A program made the position numbers and the translations under genes. The notes beneath the pieces were generated by a model. The model did not search any database. It saw nothing but the letters and a program-made list of their open reading frames with translations, and was not told the DNA's origin. A DNA stretch of 64,000 bases, taken from positions 2,662-66,661 of the forward strand of contig JAQVWR010000001.1 in NCBI GenBank assembly GCA_028709605.1, read 5' to 3'. This stretch comes from Proteiniphilum sp. GTDB lineage: Bacteria > Bacteroidota > Bacteroidia > Bacteroidales > Dysgonomonadaceae. Below are positions 1 to 8,560 of the stretch, piece after piece. Positions within the stretch are counted from its first letter, which is position 1, and the number at the start of each line of letters is the position of its first letter.

Positions 1-2
1 GG

Positions 3-3000
3 GTTGCAAAGATCAGAGCCATCAATGAACGCGAAGACCTGTCTATAGCTGAGTATGAATTGAAAACTTTCGTTTGCGAAGGTGAGTATCGTGATGGACT
101 GAAGAAAATTTTCGAGTATTACCTGCAGAGCTATGACAGCGTAGAACAACCTGCCTTTTGGGTAAGTGGTTTTTACGGTAGTGGTAAATCTCATTTGGTT
201 AAAATGGCCAGTTATCTCTGGAGTAATTTTGAATTTCCAAGTGGCAATACAGCCAGAAACATCAAACCGTTGCCACAGGATATACAGGATCTGTTGGTTG
301 AATTAGACAGAAAACAAAATATTCAGGGACGACTATCTATTGCCGGAACATTGCGCGATTTCCCATCGAAGGATATTTGGTATTCCTTCTTACAAATTCT
401 CTTGAATACTCTTGATTTACCAGAACAATACCACTTGTTCAAATTTTATCATTGGTTGAAAAAAGAAGATATCTATGATTATGTAGAAACCATATTGAAA
501 AAAAACGGACATAGTATTCGAAAAGAAATTAATAACATTTTTGTTTCAACTTCTCTTGCCAGGGCTGTACTGGAAGTGAAACCCGAAATGGCAGAAAATG
601 AAGCCAAGTTGTTAGAACTGTTTCGCTCACAGTTTGCCCGTAAAGATACCATTGGTCGGGAGGAATTCGTACGTACCATTAAAGATGAGGTGCTTCCTCT
701 CTTTTTCGGCGACAAAATTCCATGTACAATCATCGTCTTGGATGAGGTGCAACAATTTATTGGAGATGACGCTAATCTGGCAACGGATGTACAGCTTTTG
801 GCAGAAGATCTTTGCTCCCGTTTTAGTGGCAAGTTCCTGCTTCTCGGTACTGGGCAGAATGCATTGAGAGATAATCAAATCTTGCAGAAGCTACTCGCTC
901 GATTCAGAGTACCTATAGAACTTTCGAATACCGATATCCAGACGGTTATCCGTAAAACGATTCTTGAAAAGAAACCATCTTCAATTGCTCCACTGAGTGA
1001 AAAACTTGAGCAAGCAATGGGAGAGGTATCGCGTAACCTGGAAGGCACCATTTTCGGTTATCTGACAGAAGACAAGAGCACACTGGTTGCGGACTACCCG
1101 TTGCTGCCTTCCACTCGAAAGTTCTGGTATAAAGTTCTGCAAGTGGTTGATGTTGCAGGTACATCAGGTCAACTTAGAAACCAGTTGCGCTTGATCGATG
1201 ATAGCTTAAAAATCATCGCTGAGAAAGAGGTGGGTTGTGTGGTCCCTGCCGATTTTATCTTCACTCAAACAAGATCTCATCTAATACAAAGCGGTTTATT
1301 GTTAAACGACACCAGTAACCTGATTCAGGGTAAAAAATCAAAGGGTGGTGATGAAGAAATCAAAGGAAGGATATTGAGTGCAGTATTCCTTCTGGATCAG
1401 ATCGTTCCAAGTAACCCGGAAACAGGGCTAAAATCAAATGAAACTACCATTGCAGATCTGTTGATAGACAATCTCAATGATCATTCTGCACCATTTCGTA
1501 ACAGGATAAAAGAGCTTATTCTGCAGTTAGTCGATGAGAAGGTACTGATGCCGATCAATGATGAATTCAAACTGCAAACGAAGATTGGTGCAGAATGGGA
1601 ACAGGAGTTTACGAAACAGTACATCAAGCTCAATAGCTCGGGTGACGATAAGATTCAGTCACTGCGCAGAGAGAGGATTGTAGCTCATTTTAAAGCAAAG
1701 AGCAGTGGAATCATTATCACACAAGGAGCCTCACGTATGGTGAGAGATTTTGATCTGTGGGACAAGGATACAATGCCCAACACAGATCACAAATTAAACT
1801 TGTGGATACGTGATGGCTGGTTTGAAAATGAGACAACCGTATTGGATGAGATCCGTGCGGCCGGCAGCAATACACCATTGGCATATGCCTTTGTGAAAAA
1901 ATTCAGGGATGCGGATCTACGCTCTGAAATTATCAAATACCTGGCAGCTGAGCTGACCATTAACGCTATGGGGTTACCTTCCACCCCGGAAGGTGAACAA
2001 GCGAAAAAGAGTATGGAGACACGTCAGATGCAGGCAAAGACAGCTATTCAGAATCTTATTGAAAAGATTTGCAACGAGTCGGTTGTCTATCTTGCCAGTG
2101 GTACCAGGGTACTGTCCGGTAACCTGAAAGAATCCATTCAGGAGGCATTGAACAGCATTGCTGACCGTCAGTTCCCCGATTTCAGGGGAAAGGCCGATTT
2201 TCCCAACTGGGGACAAGCTTTAACCAAAGCTCTTGCAGGCAATCCGGATGCGTTGAGTGCAATCAACTACTCCGGTGATGTGGATAAACATCCTGTTGCC
2301 GGTGAGATCTTGCGCTTTATGGGCAACAGTTCAAAAACCGGTAAGGATATCCGTAATCAATTTATGAAAGCACCTTACGGTTGGCCTCAGGATGCGATAG
2401 ATACCATGTTGATCTTGTTGAAGAATCTACAGCATATTTCCACCAACGAAATCGATCTGAAAGTGGCAAAAATCAACCAGGCTACCTTTAAGAAAGAGAT
2501 TCATGTCCTGGGAGCCAAAGACAAGATCACCATTCGCAAACTCTTCCAGGATGCTGGTATCACCTGCCCCCCCAATCATGAACTGTTTCCATACTCCAAC
2601 GAGTATCTCAACAGGCTTAAAAGGTTGGCTGAACAGATCAGCGGTGACGCACCCCGATCTGAACCCATCAATATTGATTTCATCAAAGAGATTGAAAACA
2701 AAGAGGGTAATGAGCGACTGTTGGACATCCTGCAGCAAAAAGAGGAGCTCAGGAGCAAATTTAACGATTGGAATGCAAAATCAAAGTTAGTCAATGAACG
2801 TGAGCCACTTTGGGTCTTGTTGAAGGAGTTAACCAATCATGCACCGGATGATTCTGACTTTGAGCCTTACAAGGCAGAGACCTATGCAATTCGCGACAAC
2901 CGTTTGATTTTGCAAGAACCGGATCCGATATATCCTACGTTATCGACTATCAGCAATAGGTTGCTGACCCGGCTTAATGAAAAGAGAATGCAATACAATG

Positions 3001-3377
3001 CCCTATACGATGAGCATATGGGAGCGCTGCAGGCCAATGAGTATTTTGCAAAACTTACACAAGAGCAAAAGCATGCTATTTTGTTGAAACATCAATTGCT
3101 ATCAAAGCCGGACATAAAAGAATTAGATGCAAAGGGCCTGCTCAATGTGCTCAACAAGGCTTCTCTTTCTACCTGGGAAACCAGGATCGCTGCACTTCCC
3201 GGCCAGTTCCAATCGGCTTTGGAGGATGCCGTATTGTTATCAGTTCCACAGGCTGTGACCTACAGCTTGCCGAAAAAGACACTTACATCACAGGTTGAGA
3301 TTGATCATTATGTGACTGAGCTGAAAGCAGAGTTAGAGGAATTATTGAAAAAGTCAAGTTCGATTATATTAAAATAA
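3..3377 (+). CDS. brxC: BREX P-loop ATPase BrxC (PglY-like), 5'-truncated by the window edge
   Basis: Frame is open from base 3 (VAKIRAINERED...ELKTFVCEGEY); Walker A WVSGFYGSGKSH, Walker B IIVLDEVQQF; >1100 aa; first gene of a pglX-pglZ-brxL cluster. Confidence 0.9.
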   Translation, partial: VAKIRAINEREDLSIAEYELKTFVCEGEYRDGLKKIFEYYLQSYDSVEQPAFWVSGFYGSGKSHLVKMASYLWSNFEFPSGNTARNIKPLPQDIQDLLVELDRKQNIQGRLSIAGTLRDFPSKDIWYSFLQILLNTLDLPEQYHLFKFYHWLKKEDIYDYVETILKKNGHSIRKEINNIFVSTSLARAVLEVKPEMAENEAKLLELFRSQFARKDTIGREEFVRTIKDEVLPLFFGDKIPCTIIVLDEVQQFIGDDANLATDVQLLAEDLCSRFSGKFLLLGTGQNALRDNQILQKLLARFRVPIELSNTDIQTVIRKTILEKKPSSIAPLSEKLEQAMGEVSRNLEGTIFGYLTEDKSTLVADYPLLPSTRKFWYKVLQVVDVAGTSGQLRNQLRLIDDSLKIIAEKEVGCVVPADFIFTQTRSHLIQSGLLLNDTSNLIQGKKSKGGDEEIKGRILSAVFLLDQIVPSNPETGLKSNETTIADLLIDNLNDHSAPFRNRIKELILQLVDEKVLMPINDEFKLQTKIGAEWEQEFTKQYIKLNSSGDDKIQSLRRERIVAHFKAKSSGIIITQGASRMVRDFDLWDKDTMPNTDHKLNLWIRDGWFENETTVLDEIRAAGSNTPLAYAFVKKFRDADLRSEIIKYLAAELTINAMGLPSTPEGEQAKKSMETRQMQAKTAIQNLIEKICNESVVYLASGTRVLSGNLKESIQEALNSIADRQFPDFRGKADFPNWGQALTKALAGNPDALSAINYSGDVDKHPVAGEILRFMGNSSKTGKDIRNQFMKAPYGWPQDAIDTMLILLKNLQHISTNEIDLKVAKINQATFKKEIHVLGAKDKITIRKLFQDAGITCPPNHELFPYSNEYLNRLKRLAEQISGDAPRSEPINIDFIKEIENKEGNERLLDILQQKEELRSKFNDWNAKSKLVNEREPLWVLLKELTNHAPDDSDFEPYKAETYAIRDNRLILQEPDPIYPTLSTISNRLLTRLNEKRMQYNALYDEHMGALQANEYFAKLTQEQKHAILLKHQLLSKPDIKELDAKGLLNVLNKASLSTWETRIAALPGQFQSALEDAVLLSVPQAVTYSLPKKTLTSQVEIDHYVTELKAELEELLKKSSSIILK

Positions 3378-3405
3378 TAGAGGAAGGTACTAAAGATATT
3401 AGAAA

Positions 3406-6400
3406 ATGGCAGTACTTACCCCGCAACAACGTACAACACTTGAATCAGCCGTTCAGCTTGCTCGTAAAACAGCAGAGCAGGGAGCATTCAATGTACTGCA
3501 TGCCATGGCTGTGGATCATCCCGAACCTTTTGGTCATATGGATGCTAAGATGCGAAGTTTACGGAACAGACTACGCAGCAAAGCCAGGCTTCTTGGCGAT
3601 GAATTGCAGGCAAATGGAATTCAAGGCATTAACCACCTCAGCTACGAGCTGGCTTATGAAACCTGGCATAAAATGCTTTTCGCCAAATTTCTTGAGGGCA
3701 CCAACCTGCTTATGCACCCGGATGGTGTTGCGGTTACCATGCAGGATTGTGAAGAGCTGGCAAGAGAAGAGGGATATATTGATAAGTGGGATGCGGCAGC
3801 CAACTATGCCAGTAGGATGCTTCCTGCCATTTTCAGGATCGATGATCCGTTGATGCAGGTTTCTTTTGCCACCGATGACCGGATCAAGCTGGAAGGTATC
3901 ATAGATGATTTGGAATCATCCATTTTTATTGCCGATGATGCTCTGGGGTGGGTGTATCAGTTCTGGCAGAGCGAGGAAAAAAAGCGTATAAACGAAAGCG
4001 AAGAAAAGATTGATGGGCAAAAACTCCCGGCAGTAACCCAGCTGTTTACTGAACCTTATATGGTTCATTTCTTGATCGACAATACCCTTGGAGCCTGGTG
4101 GGTAAGTCGCAATCCGAGTGTGAAGCCACCGGTAAAGTTCGAGTATCTCCGCATACTGGAAGATGGAACACCTGCTGCCGGAAAGTTTGAAGGCTGGCCG
4201 GATAGGACGTCTGAGGTGACATCATTGGATCCCTGTATGGGCTCCGGGCACTTTCTGGCTTCTCTTTTTCCGGTTTTTGCCGCGTTGCGTATGCTTGAAG
4301 AGGGATTAGGCAAAGAGGAAGTTACCGATCGGGTGATAACAGAGAATCTTCATGGGTTGGAGATTGATCCCCGCTGCACCCAGATAGCAGCTTTTAACCT
4401 GGCACTCACCGCCTGGAAATTCTGCGGCCACTATAAAGAGCTCCCCGAGATGAATCTGGCTTGTAGTGGGATAGCACCGAAAGGAAAATTGGAAGACTGG
4501 TTGAAGCTTGTTGGAAAGCCAAACCGATTTGAAGATAAATCCCGCTTGGAGAATGGGATGAAGATGCTGTACGAACACTTCCAATTGGCACCTGAATTAG
4601 GTAGTCTGCTCGACCCAACAACCATACAGGCTGATGCATTTACTGCAAGTTTTAAAGAGCTACAACCGGTACTTAAAAAAGCATTAGAGGCAGAGGAAAA
4701 TTTCGAACAATTAGACAGAGGGGTTATAGCAGCGGGTATTGCGAAAGCGGGGCATCTGTTAGCAAAAAAATATACCTTACAGATTACCAATGTACCCTAT
4801 CTCAGCCGAGGTAAACAAGATGAAGTGATAAAAAACTTTATCGAAAAGCACTACAAAGAAGCCAAAAATGATTTATCGACCGTATTCCTTGAGAAAATGC
4901 TGAAATCAAATACACAAGGGGGAATTTCTTGTAGTGTAATTCCGCAAAACTGGTTATTTCTAACTAGTTATCATAAGTTCAGAACAATGTTACTTAAAAA
5001 CGTGACCTGGAATTTTGTAGCGAGATTAGGAGCTAAAGGATTTCAAACTCCCATGTGGGATTTTAATGTGATGTTAATATCATTGATAAATAGTAAACCT
5101 ATGGTCAGAAATGACTTTGTAGGACTCGATGTTAGTGAAGCGCTTAATGCAGCTGCAAAAGATGAGACTTTGAAAGTGGCAGAACTTAAGGTAGTTAATC
5201 AAAAAGAACAATTGGATAATCCGGATTCTAGGATTATGTTTGAGGAGAAATCGCAATTACCCTTATTAACAAAATATTGTGATACTGGAACAGGGATGCA
5301 AACATTTGATAGACGACGTTTCATTGCTAGTTTTTGGGAATTGCAGAACTATACAGATGTATGGGAATTATTACAATCTACACCTGAGCGTAATAATATT
5401 TTTTCTGGAATGCAAGAGATAGTTAAATGGCAGAAAGGTGAAGGAGAGCTTTTTGAATTAATGGAATTAAAAGCAGAAGAAGGGTATAAAAGTGGTATAT
5501 GGCGAGCTGGATCACAACATTGGGGTAAAAAGGGTGTAATTCATGGTGTAATGGCCGAATTGCCAATGGCAATATATTTAGGATATCCTTATGATACCAA
5601 TACAGCTGTGATAATTCCAAAGGAAAAAAACTTTGCTTTAGCATCTTATTCTTTCAGTGTTTCAGGGGAATTCTCAAAGGCAGTAAGGACTATTGATCAA
5701 AAGTTAATGGTAACTAATGCAACCTTTATGAAAGTTCCATTTAATTATAACTATTGGCAAAAAGTTGCCGCAGAAAAATACCCCAACGGTCTTCCAAAAC
5801 CATATAGTGATGACCCTACACAGTGGTTATTTCACGGGCATCCAGTCAAAACAGAAAATCCGTTACAGGTAGCATTGGCAAGGTTGTTAGGTTATCGTTG
5901 GCCGGCTGAGAATGACACAGAGATGGAGCTGGCTAATGAAGCACGTGAGCTGATTGCAGCAGTAAAGGCATTTGATCGTTTAAGTGATGCGGATGGAATC
6001 TTCTGTATCCCGTCGGTAAACTCAGAACAAGGAGGTGCGGAACGCTTACGTGATTACCTACAACAAGTGTTTGCAAGCGAATGGAACAGTCAGACAATCT
6101 CTCAATTGCTGCATAAGGAAGGGGCAAAGTCAACCAACCTGGATGCCTGGTTGCGTGATGAATTCTTCGCGCAACATTGTAAGGTGTTTAACAACAGGCC
6201 TTTCATCTGGCATATCTGGGATGGGCGTAAGGATGGTTTTTCCGCATTGGTCAATTATCATAAGCTTACCAGGGAGAATCTTTCCAAGCTTATCTATACC
6301 TACCTGGGTGATTGGATACGCATGTGTGAAGCCAAAAAGAAAGCCGGAGAAAGCGGTGCCGAAGGTCTGTTAAGTGCAGCCTTGACACTCAAGGAAAAAC

Positions 6401-6675
6401 TAGAAGCAATATTGGAGGGTGAAGCTCCATGCGATATCTTTGTGAGATGGAAAACCGTAGAACAACAACCCATTGGCTGGGATCCCGACTTGAACGATGG
6501 GATGCGATTGAATATACGCCCATTTGTGATTGCCGGGGTGTTGCGCAATAAGTTCAATGTGAAATGGGGAGTAGACAGGGGTAAAAATCCCCCCGGAAGC
6601 CCATGGGGTGAGAAAAGAAATAACGATATACACCTGACTCTTGAAGAAAAACGAAAGGTAAGAAAAAATGTATGA
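3406..6675 (+). CDS. pglX: BREX adenine DNA methyltransferase PglX/BrxX (Eco57I-like architecture)
   Basis: TQLFTEPYMV, SAM-binding motif I LDPCMGSGHF, GLEID, motif IV variant TNVPY; 1089 aa; BREX context. Confidence 0.88.
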   Translation: MAVLTPQQRTTLESAVQLARKTAEQGAFNVLHAMAVDHPEPFGHMDAKMRSLRNRLRSKARLLGDELQANGIQGINHLSYELAYETWHKMLFAKFLEGTNLLMHPDGVAVTMQDCEELAREEGYIDKWDAAANYASRMLPAIFRIDDPLMQVSFATDDRIKLEGIIDDLESSIFIADDALGWVYQFWQSEEKKRINESEEKIDGQKLPAVTQLFTEPYMVHFLIDNTLGAWWVSRNPSVKPPVKFEYLRILEDGTPAAGKFEGWPDRTSEVTSLDPCMGSGHFLASLFPVFAALRMLEEGLGKEEVTDRVITENLHGLEIDPRCTQIAAFNLALTAWKFCGHYKELPEMNLACSGIAPKGKLEDWLKLVGKPNRFEDKSRLENGMKMLYEHFQLAPELGSLLDPTTIQADAFTASFKELQPVLKKALEAEENFEQLDRGVIAAGIAKAGHLLAKKYTLQITNVPYLSRGKQDEVIKNFIEKHYKEAKNDLSTVFLEKMLKSNTQGGISCSVIPQNWLFLTSYHKFRTMLLKNVTWNFVARLGAKGFQTPMWDFNVMLISLINSKPMVRNDFVGLDVSEALNAAAKDETLKVAELKVVNQKEQLDNPDSRIMFEEKSQLPLLTKYCDTGTGMQTFDRRRFIASFWELQNYTDVWELLQSTPERNNIFSGMQEIVKWQKGEGELFELMELKAEEGYKSGIWRAGSQHWGKKGVIHGVMAELPMAIYLGYPYDTNTAVIIPKEKNFALASYSFSVSGEFSKAVRTIDQKLMVTNATFMKVPFNYNYWQKVAAEKYPNGLPKPYSDDPTQWLFHGHPVKTENPLQVALARLLGYRWPAENDTEMELANEARELIAAVKAFDRLSDADGIFCIPSVNSEQGGAERLRDYLQQVFASEWNSQTISQLLHKEGAKSTNLDAWLRDEFFAQHCKVFNNRPFIWHIWDGRKDGFSALVNYHKLTRENLSKLIYTYLGDWIRMCEAKKKAGESGAEGLLSAALTLKEKLEAILEGEAPCDIFVRWKTVEQQPIGWDPDLNDGMRLNIRPFVIAGVLRNKFNVKWGVDRGKNPPGSPWGEKRNNDIHLTLEEKRKVRKNV

Positions 6676-8540
6676 AAGACTCCATGATGGAATTTACAAC
6701 ACAGGAATTAATTGAACGCTTGAATTCGCAGGACGAATGTGCATGGATTGAGGCCAAAAGAGGGAGCAATGTTGATTCCTCGATTTTGGAAACTGTTTGT
6801 GCCTATGCAAACGAGCCTGGGTTAGGAGGAGGATATATTTTATTGGGGGTTGAAGAGGATAAAAACCATTTGTTTTCCCATTATTCTGTTTGTGGAGTAA
6901 AGGAGGTGGATAAAATTCAAAAAGACTTGGCAACACAATGTGCTGACAGCTTTAATATACCTGTTCGACCAATGATCGAAACAGAATTGGTGAATGAGAA
7001 GCCTGTTGTCAAAGTTTATATCCCGGAATTGTCTCCCGAGCAAAAACCTCTTTTCTTCAAACGAAGGGGATTACCAAAAGGTGCTTACAGACGGATTGGA
7101 TCTACTGACCAGAGCTGTACCGACGACGATTTACGTATATTCTATAACGCACAACAGGGTTCGTTCGATGCGACCATACTGAATGATACAGATTGGAGTG
7201 ATATTGACGAATCTTCTATTCAATTATATCGCCGGTTGAGAGGAAAAATTAAACCGGACGCAGAAGAGTTGCTGTTTTCTGACAGAGAACTATTGCTTTC
7301 GCTTAGTTGTATCACACGTGATAGTGAGCCGAAATTGACTGTATGCGGTTTGCTGTTGTTTGGTACGAACGCCGCCCAAAGGCGTTGTTTACCCATGATG
7401 CGGGTTGACTATATCCGTGTTCCCGGTTTACGATGGATAGAGAATCCGGACAATCGTTTCAGTACAATTGATATGCGGGGGTCATTGTTACAGCTGGCTT
7501 ATCGTGTGGTCGACGCCATAAACGCAGATCTACCACGTGGTTTTGTGCTGAATGAGCATGATATCCAGGCAGAGAACATATCGGGTTTACCCTACAGAGT
7601 TTTGCGCGAGGCTGTTGTAAACGCCCTGATGCACCGGTCATACCGTGAAAATCGTCCGACTCAGATAATTCGTTACGATAACAGGATAGAAATCATCAAT
7701 CCGGGATTTTCGTTAAAGCCCGAAGAAATGTTGGGTGAACCGGGTTCGGAAACCAGAAATCCTTTTATTGCAGCTGTTTTTCACGAGACAGACTTAGCAG
7801 AAACAAAAGGTTCAGGAATTCGATCCATGCGAAAACTTATGGAACGCTCTCATCTGGCTCCGCCTACGTTTGAATCGAGCCGCGAATCCAATCATTTTGT
7901 TGCCCGGTTATTATTGCATCACTTCTTAAATGAGGAGGATATTGCCTGGTTGAATATTTTCAGTGAATTTCAATTGAACGACAATCAAAAGAAAGCATTG
8001 GTTTTCGTTCGCGAAACGGAAGCCATCGACAATCAGACTTATCGCCAGATTTCCGGGGCCGATGTGTTGAAATCAAGCTCTGATTTAAGAAAACTGAGGG
8101 ACGACGATTTACTGGAAGCCAAGGGAAAAGGTCGGGCAACTTACTACGTCCCGGGAAAAAAGTTCATCTCCTTACATTCTGCTTATCACAGCAAAAGTGC
8201 ACCAGCTCCGGTAGAAAGTGCACCAGCTCCGGTAGAAAGTGCACCAGCTCCGGTAGAAAGTGCACCAGTTACTGTGGATTCATTGAGAGATGAGTTGCCG
8301 GAAGATTTGGCGATCAAAATAGACAATTTGAAACGAAGATTGACCCCTGAGGAAGTTCAGAAATTAATACATGAACTTTGTAAAATCAGACCCTATCGAT
8401 TGTCCGAATTGTGTATATTGATTGATCGATCACCGAAGTATGTGCTTAGAAAATTTATTCAACCGATCATGAATATTAGAATTGAATACCTTTACAAAGA
8501 TATGGTTAATCATCCTAATCAGGCGTATGTGAGTATTTAA
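6672..8540 (+). CDS. Schlafen/AlbA_2 domain + HATPase_c_4 (RecG-C-like) + winged-HTH protein (COG2865-like) nested in the BREX operon
   Basis: N-terminal ECAWIEAK (ExxxxExK), AYANEPGLGGGYILLGVEED, AYRRIGSTD; central LREAVVNALMHRSY, NRIEIINPG, RNPFIA, ETKGSGI; C-terminal HTH-like segments (GKGRATYY; NHPNQAY); ATGA overlap with pglX stop. Confidence 0.8.
   Translation: MKDSMMEFTTQELIERLNSQDECAWIEAKRGSNVDSSILETVCAYANEPGLGGGYILLGVEEDKNHLFSHYSVCGVKEVDKIQKDLATQCADSFNIPVRPMIETELVNEKPVVKVYIPELSPEQKPLFFKRRGLPKGAYRRIGSTDQSCTDDDLRIFYNAQQGSFDATILNDTDWSDIDESSIQLYRRLRGKIKPDAEELLFSDRELLLSLSCITRDSEPKLTVCGLLLFGTNAAQRRCLPMMRVDYIRVPGLRWIENPDNRFSTIDMRGSLLQLAYRVVDAINADLPRGFVLNEHDIQAENISGLPYRVLREAVVNALMHRSYRENRPTQIIRYDNRIEIINPGFSLKPEEMLGEPGSETRNPFIAAVFHETDLAETKGSGIRSMRKLMERSHLAPPTFESSRESNHFVARLLLHHFLNEEDIAWLNIFSEFQLNDNQKKALVFVRETEAIDNQTYRQISGADVLKSSSDLRKLRDDDLLEAKGKGRATYYVPGKKFISLHSAYHSKSAPAPVESAPAPVESAPAPVESAPVTVDSLRDELPEDLAIKIDNLKRRLTPEEVQKLIHELCKIRPYRLSELCILIDRSPKYVLRKFIQPIMNIRIEYLYKDMVNHPNQAYVSI
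8194..8268 (+). repeat. In-frame 21-bp tandem repeat, 3 perfect copies + 12 bp (encodes SAPAPVE)
   Basis: AAAGTGCACCAGCTCCGGTAG at 8194, 8215, 8236 and partial copy at 8257. Confidence 0.97.
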
Positions 8541-8560
8541 GATAAAAAAGAGATTTGATC

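Noticed and set aside
3406-6675. Invertible or phase-variable pglX switch
   Set aside because: No duplicated pglX fragment, recombinase gene or obvious flanking inverted repeats seen by eye
8194-8268. 21-bp repeats as a CRISPR array
   Set aside because: Head-to-tail with no spacers, in frame inside a CDS, and no cas genes in the window
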